Positions 1-8,249 of a DNA stretch of 64,000 bases are shown here, in pieces (the stretch's first letter is position 1; the number at the start of each line of letters is the position of its first letter). The position numbers were made by a program, and so were the translations under genes. The DNA comes from Candidatus Tenebribacter davisii (GTDB lineage: Bacteria > Cloacimonadota > Cloacimonadia > Cloacimonadales > TCS61): positions 38,563 to 102,562 of the forward strand of contig JAVCCH010000098.1 of NCBI GenBank assembly GCA_030765535.1, read 5' to 3'. The notes beneath the pieces were generated by a model, which saw only the letters and a program-made list of their open reading frames with translations, searched no databases and was not told where the DNA came from.

Positions 1-555
1 TTTTTGGTCCTTAATAACGGTTAAATTGTTTAGCTCCGCTTGAAAAGTTGTTTTATGATATCCAAATCCTATTTATTTGGAATGTGAAAAGTTTGGGCTT
101 ATTATTTTGCGAATCAGGTTTTGGTTGCTAACCGCCCGGTCACCGCCTTTAACTTTTTATTTTTTAGGGGATGTTATAAACTGTATCATTATAAAGTTTA
201 TAAGTAGGTATCCTGTTTGGTTAACTCAGACCCACCCAACAATTATGTAAAAGATCAGCTTGACTATCCCGCCCCCTCTTGCCTTGCTCCTCTTGCTGCC
301 CCTCTCACCTGCCGTCAGGTGAAACTACTATACGCTAATAAAAAACATAACACAACCCCTTGAAATCATTGAACAATATGGCATATACCGCTTGTAAGCT
401 ATTGATATCATTGAATAATTTTTACCTATAAAAAAAATTCATCTATGCAAAAAAAGATATGTAATAAAATCAGATACTTACAAGATAAATGGAAAAATAA
501 TTAGTTTAAAAGTATTTACTAATAAAAAAACATAATAAAATCAGATAGTTATACA

Positions 556-590
556 ATTAATTTATTTTAATTTATTTTAATTTATGTTTA
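556..590. repeat. 10-bp tandem repeat ttaatttatt x3
   Basis: Direct reading: tta att tat ttt aat tta ttt taa ttt atg. Confidence 0.8.
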
Positions 591-776
591 AAATCGGTTT
601 TTGTATGATTTAAGGCCGATTTAAACCGGTATATATATGATAGTACTCGAATAGATCAAAACCGGCTTAAATAGGCTAAATACAGCGTTTTACGCCTATT
701 TTGTCGTCTCTTATAACGTACACGGGCGCAGGCCCGGTCTATTAATTTTTTGACGGGCGCAGCGTAGAATAATCAA

Positions 777-819
777 TACAAGAATGGAGCAAGAATGGAA
801 CAAGAATGGAACAAGAATG
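777..819. repeat. 11-bp tandem repeat caagaatggaa x4 (one helical turn periodicity)
   Basis: Direct reading: acaagaatggagcaagaatggaacaagaatggaacaagaatga. Confidence 0.85.
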
Positions 820-1096
820 ATAAAATATGAATAGCGATTCCATTAAATGAATATGATTCATTGACTAAATCGGATTTAGTAAATTGAATTCATTTGTAGA
901 ATACCGCTCGATAACATGGCCCGGATCAAACCCGGATTTACTGAATTGAATTTAGCGAATAAATCAGGTTCAATTGTATACAAAAAACTGCCGTGTAACA
1001 TACTGATATTATAGGGAAAACTTGACCTATTAAGATTTGAGTTTTATACATAGGGCAGGCCCGGTCCTTGTCATACGTCTCTTAAATAGGCAAATA

Positions 1097-1122
1097 ACAC
1101 GTTTAAACACGTTTAAACACGA
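1097..1122. repeat. 10-bp tandem repeat acacgtttaa x2.5
   Basis: Direct reading: acacgtttaaacacgtttaaacacg. Confidence 0.8.
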
Positions 1123-1348
1123 TATAACATTTATTACACAATTTTAATCTAAATTAATTTATGCCGGAAAAATATCAGAAATAAGAAATTATTCATCCAC
1201 TGAATCAGATTCATTATATATCACCACGATATTAAATGAATATGACGCAATATTTGACTATTGTTTAATGTGAATATACAATATAATTATAATATATAAA
1301 ATGAATCTGATTCATTTAATGAATATCGGGTCTGATTTAAACATTAAC

Positions 1349-1478
1349 TGAATTGTATTCATTCGCTGAATCAGATTCATCCACTGAATCAGATTCATCC
1401 ACTGAATTGTATTCATTCGCTGAATCAGATTCATCCACTGAATCAGATTCATCCACTGAATCAGATTCATCCACTGAA
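1349..1478. repeat. 18-bp tandem array (gaatcagattcatccact) about 6 copies; each unit contains the near-palindrome tgaatcagattca
   Basis: Direct reading. The repeated unit creates the spurious 64-aa ORF 1353..1547 (ESDSSTESDSSTE...). Confidence 0.85.
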
Positions 1479-1629
1479 GCCCCTTTATTTTATGAAGCCG
1501 GGGCCTACTTCTCCATCACGTTGAAAAATTTCAGATATCTGTATTAACAGGTATTGCCAGTAGTATTATCTCCACGTTGAAAAATTTAAAATCCTTGTAT
1601 TACCAGTAATTATCTCCAACATATATAAA

Positions 1630-1692
1630 ATACAATATAAAATCCAATATAAAATCCAATATAAAATCCAATATAAAATCCATTTTCCTCTT
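1630..1692. repeat. 12-bp tandem repeat tccaatataaaa x5 (phased A-tracts, likely bent DNA)
   Basis: Direct reading: tacaatataaaatccaatataaaatccaatataaaatccaatataaaatcc. Confidence 0.85.
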
Positions 1693-1717
1693 GTATTATT
1701 TTTATACATTTTACTCT

Positions 1718-1746
1718 TGACAACCCTTTATTAATGCTTTATCATC
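1718..1746 (+). promoter_or_regulatory. Candidate sigma70-type promoter TTGACA-N17-TATCAT just upstream of the first + strand gene
   Basis: cttGACAaccctttattaatgctttATCATc; -35 is a perfect hexamer and -10 matches 5/6. Confidence 0.35.
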
Positions 1747-1752
1747 AACTCC

Positions 1753-2085
1753 ATGAAAACAATCACCAAAAAAGAACCTACAAATAATACCTTGAATACC
1801 CAAAGGGGTCCCTTGAACAACAGTATGAGAATTTCTATCAGGATTTCTTCAGTAGTAACTTCTTTATCTATTAAAAAGAATTTAATCGCTATATGGATTT
1901 TGCTTATGAACACGGACCCGAAGGATAGCAAGGATGATTTAACTGATTTCGTTTATACTTGTTTAGATAAATGGGATAAAGATACTGCCAAAGGGTTAAG
2001 TGATTTTGTTTCAGAGAAATTAATTCAAGATATGCTTGAGGCTGAAGATTATATTGAATACAAGAAAATTCTTGAGGGGTTATAA
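1753..2085 (+). CDS. Hypothetical protein (110 aa)
   Basis: ORF starts a few nt after the candidate promoter, so it may be leaderless. No recognisable motif. Confidence 0.3.
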   Translation: MKTITKKEPTNNTLNTQRGPLNNSMRISIRISSVVTSLSIKKNLIAIWILLMNTDPKDSKDDLTDFVYTCLDKWDKDTAKGLSDFVSEKLIQDMLEAEDYIEYKKILEGL

Positions 2086-2094
2086 GGATTAGCT

Positions 2095-2835
2095 ATGAGG
2101 AAACTAAAAAGAAAACCAGTAGGTAAACCAACATCACCAATATCAGATCCAATAACTGAACGTAAAATATTACATGCTGAGAAAGCTGAAACCAAGTCTA
2201 AATCCAAGCCAGAATCCAAACATAAGTCCATACACAAAACATTAAAGAAGGTTACTTCTAAAGCTCCTCTTAGGACAATCAGAAGATATAAAAAGCAAAA
2301 GTGTAATTTTGTTACTATAGATATTGATACCAAAGAGCCAAAGCAATGTAATTTCTTTGCTGTAGGAAAAGGAACATTATGTAAAAAGCATGGTGGAGAT
2401 CCTGTTATAAAAGAAAACTTAATTTCAATTAAGGATGAGACATTATTACCAATGCATTTATCCAAGTTTAATCCAGCAGTACATCCACTGCAATATATTA
2501 ATTTAAGTAGAGAGGGAATGTCAAAAGTAGAGATTGCAGCTTCAATGGAAATCTCTGTCCAAGTATTGAAAAGCTGGGCAGAAAGATTTGAATCCTTTAA
2601 TACTGCAAGTGAGATAGGAGATGCATTACACGAATCCTGGTGGATACAGAGAGGAAAGGGTGGGTTAGATTCAAGGAATTTCAATACTTCTTTGTTTAAA
2701 TTCTTGACCAGTAACAAATTAGGTTATTCTGATAAAATGGAAACAAAGAATACCAACATGAATATGCATGGTGTTTTATTAATACCTGATGCTGTTACCG
2801 AAGATGAATGGGAAAAGGATGCCATAGATGTCTGA
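2095..2835 (+). CDS. Putative small terminase subunit or DNA-binding protein (basic N-terminus, HTH-like segment)
   Basis: AAGGA RBS. Lys-rich N-terminus. The segment LSREGMSKVEIAASMEISVQVLKSWAERF resembles a sigma-70 region-4 / TerS-type HTH. Position immediately upstream of the large terminase. Confidence 0.4.
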   Translation: MRKLKRKPVGKPTSPISDPITERKILHAEKAETKSKSKPESKHKSIHKTLKKVTSKAPLRTIRRYKKQKCNFVTIDIDTKEPKQCNFFAVGKGTLCKKHGGDPVIKENLISIKDETLLPMHLSKFNPAVHPLQYINLSREGMSKVEIAASMEISVQVLKSWAERFESFNTASEIGDALHESWWIQRGKGGLDSRNFNTSLFKFLTSNKLGYSDKMETKNTNMNMHGVLLIPDAVTEDEWEKDAIDV

Positions 2836-3304
2836 TATAAGAATTCCATCAATGTTGCTTATTTGTATTGGGAATAGTAGGGGAATGGAATGTTTCCCAT
2901 TGATAAATATGTGGAGTATTTCCAGGAAAAGACAATGGAGAGATAAGCCAGAATCAGAGAAAGAAGCTCATAGGCAAAAAATGAGAGAAGTAATGCCAGG
3001 GGTTCGTAGAAAATACATGAAGACCATAACAGCAAAGCAGAAGAAAGTATTTGCCAAGATGATGAGTGATGGAAAGAAGAAATACTGGGCTAATATTTCT
3101 GAAGAAGATAAAAAAATCCATATTGCTAAAATGGCTGCTGGTATAAAAGTAGCCCGTGAAAATAATAGATATCCCAAAAACACATTTACTCCAGAAAAAG
3201 CAAGAAGGACATTGCATGGCATTAAAGAAGTTATTGAATTGCCAAGGGTAAATACATATAGTGGAACTATCACAATGTCTGAAATGGAGAATCTAAATGC
3301 TTAA
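2828..3304 (+). CDS. Hypothetical basic protein (158 aa); alternative small-terminase candidate
   Basis: Start overlaps the upstream stop. Lys/Arg-rich. Sits between the HTH protein and the large terminase. Confidence 0.35.
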   Translation: MSDIRIPSMLLICIGNSRGMECFPLINMWSISRKRQWRDKPESEKEAHRQKMREVMPGVRRKYMKTITAKQKKVFAKMMSDGKKKYWANISEEDKKIHIAKMAAGIKVARENNRYPKNTFTPEKARRTLHGIKEVIELPRVNTYSGTITMSEMENLNA

Positions 3305-3319
3305 CAGGATGGATTATAA

Positions 3320-5677
3320 ATGGCAAGAAAACCTATAATCATATGGAAACCGTGGCCCGGATCTCAGCAGAAGTTCTTGACATGTCCTGCATGGGAATGT
3401 CTCCTTCATGGTAACAGAGGCGGCGGTAAAACGGACGTTCTTATTATGGATTTTCTGCAAGATGTTGATAAAGGGTTCGGGATTGATTATAAGGGGCTAT
3501 TGCTCAGAGAAGCAACCACAGAACTTGGTGATGTTATATCGAAGACAAAGAAGTGGATTCCACGAATCTTCCCTCTTGCAAAATATAATGGATCAAAGAA
3601 GATATGGACATTTTCAGATGGTGAAACTCTTTGGTTGAATTATGCTCGGGTTGAAGCTGATTATGAACAGTATCATGGGCATGAGTACCCATGGATTGGT
3701 TGGGAGGAATTAACCAACCATGCGTTTGACAAAGTTTATAAAAAATTGATGTCTTGTAATCGGTCATCCAACGCAGGAATCACACCAAAATATAGGGGAA
3801 CTTGTAATCCAAGTGGTCCAGGACATCAGTGGGTTAAGCAAAGATTCATTGATGCTACACAAACAGGTAAAATTCTTAAAGAAGATATAGAATTCGAGTA
3901 TCCCAATGAAAAGGGTGATACGGTTTCAACAACATTAACTGTAACCAGAACTCATGTCAGAAGTTTTCAAGCAGAAAATAAATCATTGGCTGAAGCTGAT
4001 CCTTTATATATGGCTAAAATATATGAATTGACTAAAGATAATGAAATGCTTAGAGCCGCATGGATTGATGGTTCCTGGGATTTATTGATTGGTGGATTTT
4101 TTACTGATGTGTGGGATAAAGATATTCATGTGTTACCAACATTCAAAGTTCCTACTTCTTGGGATCTTATCAGAAGCTTTGATTGGGGTTCTTCTAAGCC
4201 TTGGGCAGTCACTTATGGATTTATAACAAATGGGGAACAACCTGATCCTCATTTACTTGGTGGAGAGATTATTCCATATATCCCAAAGGGTTCAGTGATC
4301 ATTTGCACTGAGATATATGGATGGAACGGAAACATAAATGAAGGTGATCAAGCCGTATCTTCTGAAATAGCAGAGCGTGTTTTGGCAGTTGACAATGCTT
4401 TATTAACTGAGTATGGTATACGTTGTGTTCCTGGACCAGCAGATACTTCCATTTACGATGTAAGAGACGGGACATCAATTGGAGCTAATTTAGGATCTTG
4501 TGGATGTCATTGGACAAGAGCTTACAAAGGAGCAGGATCAAGAGTTGCTGGATGGTCAATTATTAGACAAATGTTAGGTGCTGCAAAAAGAGGTGATATA
4601 GAAACTCCACATCTGTACTTTTTTTCTCAAGCAGAGCATCACATTAGAACATTACCAGTTCAACAGAGAGATCCGAAGAAGCCAGAAGATATTCAATGTT
4701 TTGTGGCAGGTACTATGGTGTCCTTAGAAAATGGATTTAGAAAGATTGAGGATATACTGGTTGGTGATATTGTTAAAACTCCGATAGGGTTGCGAAAAGT
4801 AATAAATGCCGGTTCTACTGGATTTGCAAAAATAACAAAGGTAATTTTCGGTGAAAATGAATTAAAGGGAACTTTTGACCATCCAGTATTTGTAGAAGGT
4901 GAAGGATTAGTTTCATTAAGTAAATTGGTTAAAGGAGATATTTTATGTCAAAACTCATTACATATTTTAGAGGAATCAAATTCACAAGTGTCAATGAGGG
5001 ATACTTTGAATGCCACCACAGTAATCGTAAAATTTTTGATGGAACAACATTGTTGCACAGAGCAAAATGGCAATTCTATATTGGACCAATTCCAGCAGAA
5101 CATGAACTCCATCATAAAAATAGAATCAAATATGATTGCAGTAGGAAAAATCTTGAACTTCTTCATGGCTCAGATCACGCAAGATTCCACCTGCAAGAAA
5201 GAATGCAGAAAGGTGGGGATTGTTACGAAAAACTTAAAATATGGAGAAAATCTAAAGAGGGTAAACGACAGCTTCGATCTAATATTAAAAAATGTAGAGA
5301 AAATACTCCCGAAAGAAAATTTACGTGCGATTACTGTGGTAAGGTTGTTATTACAAAACATCCATCAAAGAAATTTTGCTCCCTTAAATGTAAAGAAGCA
5401 ATATCAGGAAAAATTAAAAAAGAATGTGTCATGTGCGGAGAATTCTTCTGGACAAAACCACACAACACAAGAGAAACACAAACTTGTGGTTACGCATGTG
5501 GATGGGAATTGCGACGAAGCAACAGTATATAATTTGACAACTGAGCAATCAGGAATGTATTATGCGAACGGCGTTCTTGTTTCTAATACAGATGGAGAGG
5601 ATCATTGTATGGATTCCGCACGTTACCTAATTGCCAGAAGAATGTCAGCAATGAAACAAAGATCAGTAAAAAGTTAA
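3320..5677 (+). CDS. terL: Large terminase subunit precursor containing a 297-aa intein
   Basis: Walker A GNRGGGKT near the N-terminus. The C-terminal nuclease motif TDGEDHCMDSARYL resumes directly after the intein. Intein block A begins CFVAGTMV, block B is GTFDHPVF, and blocks F/G are VYNLTTE..MYYANGVLVSN followed by Thr+1. Confidence 0.8.
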   Translation: MARKPIIIWKPWPGSQQKFLTCPAWECLLHGNRGGGKTDVLIMDFLQDVDKGFGIDYKGLLLREATTELGDVISKTKKWIPRIFPLAKYNGSKKIWTFSDGETLWLNYARVEADYEQYHGHEYPWIGWEELTNHAFDKVYKKLMSCNRSSNAGITPKYRGTCNPSGPGHQWVKQRFIDATQTGKILKEDIEFEYPNEKGDTVSTTLTVTRTHVRSFQAENKSLAEADPLYMAKIYELTKDNEMLRAAWIDGSWDLLIGGFFTDVWDKDIHVLPTFKVPTSWDLIRSFDWGSSKPWAVTYGFITNGEQPDPHLLGGEIIPYIPKGSVIICTEIYGWNGNINEGDQAVSSEIAERVLAVDNALLTEYGIRCVPGPADTSIYDVRDGTSIGANLGSCGCHWTRAYKGAGSRVAGWSIIRQMLGAAKRGDIETPHLYFFSQAEHHIRTLPVQQRDPKKPEDIQCFVAGTMVSLENGFRKIEDILVGDIVKTPIGLRKVINAGSTGFAKITKVIFGENELKGTFDHPVFVEGEGLVSLSKLVKGDILCQNSLHILEESNSQVSMRDTLNATTVIVKFLMEQHCCTEQNGNSILDQFQQNMNSIIKIESNMIAVGKILNFFMAQITQDSTCKKECRKVGIVTKNLKYGENLKRVNDSFDLILKNVEKILPKENLRAITVVRLLLQNIHQRNFAPLNVKKQYQEKLKKNVSCAENSSGQNHTTQEKHKLVVTHVDGNCDEATVYNLTTEQSGMYYANGVLVSNTDGEDHCMDSARYLIARRMSAMKQRSVKS
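4697..5587 (+). mobile_element. Intein inside terL (Cys1 at 4697, terminal Asn at 5585-5587, +1 Thr)
   Basis: Hint motifs are in the host frame at both ends. The central roughly 180 codons of frame 0 have no recognisable domain, while an HNH ORF occupies frame +2 (see next feature). Confidence 0.7.
4945..5532 (+). CDS. HNH endonuclease ORF nested in the alternate (+2) frame inside the terL intein
   Basis: Own RBS-ATG (aaAGGAGAtattttATG) directly after a stop in that frame. Classic HNH motif HHSNRK...HELHHKNRIKYDCSRKNLELLHGSDHARFH, plus C-terminal Cys pairs CDYCGK...CSLKC...CVMCGE...CGYACGW (zinc ribbons). Confidence 0.6.
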   Translation: MSKLITYFRGIKFTSVNEGYFECHHSNRKIFDGTTLLHRAKWQFYIGPIPAEHELHHKNRIKYDCSRKNLELLHGSDHARFHLQERMQKGGDCYEKLKIWRKSKEGKRQLRSNIKKCRENTPERKFTCDYCGKVVITKHPSKKFCSLKCKEAISGKIKKECVMCGEFFWTKPHNTRETQTCGYACGWELRRSNSI

Positions 5678-5689
5678 AGGAGATAACAA

Positions 5690-7234
5690 ATGGCATCAAA
5701 AAAACAAACAACGACCACAGCATCCATAGGCGCAGTTGATACAGTTCATCCAGAATATGACAGGCACAAAGTGCCGTGGATGAGGGTTCGGGATTGTATG
5801 AAAGGGGAGGATGTTGTAAAATCCAAAAAAGAACTATATCTCCCAAGACCTTCAGGAATGACAGGTGAACGTAAGAAAGCATATGATGCCTATTTGGAAA
5901 GGGCACATTTCCCACTTGTAGTTTCCTATGCTCTTTCAGGTGCTTTGGGCATTGTAATTACAAAACTACCTGAATTTAATGTGCCAAAACAACTTGAGTA
6001 CATTCTGAAAACAGCTACCAAAGATGGTAGATCATTAAACCAATTATTTCTTGATATTGTTATTGAAATATTTCAAACTGGCAGAGTTCCTTTGCTTGTA
6101 GATGTCATTGCTTCCAAAAATGAATTCAGGTTTGTTGATTATAAAGCAGAAGCATTTATCAATTGGGGAATAAATTCAGAGCAAGAAGAAGAAAGTTTGT
6201 CTCTTGGAGTTTTGAAAGAAACAAGGCCTGATTCAGATGATATTTTTTCTCATTCCACTAAAGATGTTTATCGTGTTTTGCAGTTGGTAGAAGAAAAATA
6301 CACTACAGCTTTATATGGTACGGACGGAAATCAAATTGTAGATTCCAATGTATCGCCTGATTTAAGAGGAAAGCCAATTAATAGGATTCCTTTGTTCCTG
6401 GCAGGTTCAATTAATAACTCATTTGACATGCAACCAATTCCTTTGATCTCAGTTGCTAATTGTTCTGTACAGATTTACAGAAAAGAGGCTGATCTTGCAA
6501 ATTCAGAATACTTATCTTGTAATCCTACTCTTTGTATTGTAGGCGCAAGCAATGATGAAAATCTTCCTAATGTAGTTGGTTCCTCTGTAATGATTGTTAT
6601 TCCAGACCCGGCAGCAAGAGTTTTTTATACTGTAACTGACACAGCCGCATTAAAACATGTATCTGAACATATAACAGGGCTTTATGAAGAAGCAATCAGA
6701 CACGGTGTTGCTATCTTAGACGCACGTAAAGGAGTCGAAGCAGCAGAATCACTCAGAATACGTCAATCAACGCAGAGCGCATCATTATACTCTGTTTTTC
6801 TGTCTGCTATGAACGCAATCAAGCAGGGTCTTGAGTTAATGTGTGATTGGGGTGGATTTAACAAGGAAGAGGTTATTCTTGATGCTCCATCCTCACTTAC
6901 TCAGGGTATTCCTGATTCAACCATACTTGCTCAGATAATTGAAGGTTATGCCACTGGTGTTATCCCATTAGATGTTATCCATAGATATCTTGTTTATTCA
7001 GGTCTTCTTGATCAAACTATTGGTTATGATGATTATGTAACTTTGCTTAAATCTGATGATATGAATTTAGGCAGAAGTCCAGAAGAGGAAGGACTTTCTC
7101 TTAAAGACAAAGATGGAAATATTATTGGTGACAAAACGAAAAAAGATCCAGATAAAACGATTAGTGATCTTGAGAAAAAGAAAGCTGATGAAAAAGCTGA
7201 AAAAAGAGTTCCAAAAAAGATAGTTAAGAAGTAA
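5690..7234 (+). CDS. Portal protein (514 aa)
   Basis: Strong RBS. Size and position immediately after terL in a TerL-portal-scaffold-MCP order. Lys-rich flexible C-terminus. Confidence 0.55.
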   Translation: MASKKQTTTTASIGAVDTVHPEYDRHKVPWMRVRDCMKGEDVVKSKKELYLPRPSGMTGERKKAYDAYLERAHFPLVVSYALSGALGIVITKLPEFNVPKQLEYILKTATKDGRSLNQLFLDIVIEIFQTGRVPLLVDVIASKNEFRFVDYKAEAFINWGINSEQEEESLSLGVLKETRPDSDDIFSHSTKDVYRVLQLVEEKYTTALYGTDGNQIVDSNVSPDLRGKPINRIPLFLAGSINNSFDMQPIPLISVANCSVQIYRKEADLANSEYLSCNPTLCIVGASNDENLPNVVGSSVMIVIPDPAARVFYTVTDTAALKHVSEHITGLYEEAIRHGVAILDARKGVEAAESLRIRQSTQSASLYSVFLSAMNAIKQGLELMCDWGGFNKEEVILDAPSSLTQGIPDSTILAQIIEGYATGVIPLDVIHRYLVYSGLLDQTIGYDDYVTLLKSDDMNLGRSPEEEGLSLKDKDGNIIGDKTKKDPDKTISDLEKKKADEKAEKRVPKKIVKK

Positions 7235-7298
7235 ATTAACGAAAGTTTGAGACTTTCACACTGGGATCTTGAGGATTCCGCAATTAAGGAGAAAGAAA

Positions 7299-8066
7299 AT
7301 GCCCGTATTTGATTTTATCGAGAACACAGAACAAAGAGAGAAAGCTGAAAATCTTCACAAAATTGAAGTTGATCAGCTTACAGTTGATTTGACCAATGCA
7401 AACAAGGTTACAACAGAGGAAGCTGTGGCTGGTTTAAAAACCAAAAATGCTGAGATTCTGGATGAGAAAAAGACCCTCTCTGATAATCTTAAAAAGTTTG
7501 AAGGATATGATCCTGAAGCTGTTAAAGTTGCCACTGATTTCTACACAAAGAATAAAGATGTCGAGTTCTTGAAAGATGGTACAGTGGAAGAACTTATCCA
7601 AACAAAAACTTCTGTGTTAACTGCTGATTTTGAAGCAAAAATTGGTGAAATGAGTGTGAATCTTACTGCTGCCCAGAAATCATCCAATGAGTACCAGGGA
7701 TTATTTGAGTCCAAAGTAATTGATGATGGTGTTCGTGCAGCCGCAGTAAAAGCTGGAATGATTGATACTGCTGTTGAGGATGCTGTACTTCGTGGACGTG
7801 GTGTATTTTCACTTGATACAAATAAAATGATTGAAGCCCGTGATGCAGAAGGGAAGTTGGCAATTTCTTCTGACAAGAAAGTTTTGACCACTGAAAATTG
7901 GGTTGAAGATCTCAAAGAAACTTCTCCTCATTATTGGCCTCCATCTCAAGGAGCAGGGGCTACAGGTGGTAAAATTGGTCCTGAGAGTGATAAGGCAACT
8001 AAACTTCAAGCTCTTGCTGATGCTGGAGATGTTACAGCGTACAGAGCCATGCGAGATAAAAAATAA
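7299..8066 (+). CDS. Scaffolding / head morphogenesis protein (about 255 aa, acidic, helical)
   Basis: AAGGAG RBS before the ATG at 7299 (the ORF track starts it at 7269). Charged coiled-coil-like composition. Position between portal and capsid. Confidence 0.45.
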   Translation: MPVFDFIENTEQREKAENLHKIEVDQLTVDLTNANKVTTEEAVAGLKTKNAEILDEKKTLSDNLKKFEGYDPEAVKVATDFYTKNKDVEFLKDGTVEELIQTKTSVLTADFEAKIGEMSVNLTAAQKSSNEYQGLFESKVIDDGVRAAAVKAGMIDTAVEDAVLRGRGVFSLDTNKMIEARDAEGKLAISSDKKVLTTENWVEDLKETSPHYWPPSQGAGATGGKIGPESDKATKLQALADAGDVTAYRAMRDKK

Positions 8067-8197
8067 ATATGAATTCAGGACATAAACTACTTGACATTGA
8101 AGATTATATAATTTAATGTGATTATAATATTATTGGTGTTCTTGTGGGACATCTCAACAGTTTACGACCTTGGGGGTCAAAAACACATATGTTTTTT

Positions 8198-8223
8198 GGC
8201 CCCTTTCCTTTTCGAGAAGGGGC
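8198..8223 (+). promoter_or_regulatory. GC-rich stem-loop (gcccctt / aaggggc) in the leader of the major capsid gene
   Basis: 7-8 bp GC stem in an otherwise AT-rich intergenic region. No downstream T-run, so not a canonical terminator. Confidence 0.3.
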
Positions 8224-8249
8224 ATAATTCTTAAAAAGGAGATTTAAAA

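Larger units (their letters stand above)
1..1750. repeat. Non-coding repeat-rich control region, probably replication origin and/or packaging (cos/pac) site, upstream of the terminase genes
   Basis: No convincing ORF. Contains several distinct tandem iteron arrays, palindromes of the type tgaatcWgattca, a C-rich tract followed by a 7-bp hairpin (306-323), and three copies of a GGCCCGGTC box. It lies directly upstream of the small/large terminase genes. Confidence 0.6.

Noticed and set aside
1-400. tRNA genes in the control region or other intergenic gaps
   Set aside because: No cloverleaf-compatible sequence with a T-loop GTTCRANYC-like motif and matching acceptor stem was found by eye. A dedicated tRNA scan would be needed to be sure.
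1353-1547. 64-aa ORF (ESDSSTESDSST...) inside the 18-bp tandem array
   Set aside because: Its periodic sequence is a direct consequence of the DNA repeats. It has no RBS or context and lies in the non-coding control region.
1349-1692. Possible CRISPR array
   Set aside because: The repeats are directly tandem (18-bp and 12-bp units) with no unique spacers of 25-40 bp, and there are no cas genes.
2049-2717. 222-aa antisense ORF overlapping the terS-like gene
   Set aside because: It lies entirely within a better-supported + strand gene, has no RBS, and its composition is typical of antisense frames in AT-rich DNA.
3408-3767. Small ORFs nested in the large terminase gene (76 aa on +, 77 aa on -)
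   Set aside because: They lie inside the conserved ATPase domain coding region and have no independent signals. This contrasts with the HNH ORF at 4945, which has an RBS and a recognisable domain.
8093-8125. Sigma70 promoter TTGACA...TATAAT upstream of the capsid gene
   Set aside because: A perfect -35 is present, but the best -10 candidates are at 10-nt or poorly matching 17-nt spacing. It is too weak to call.
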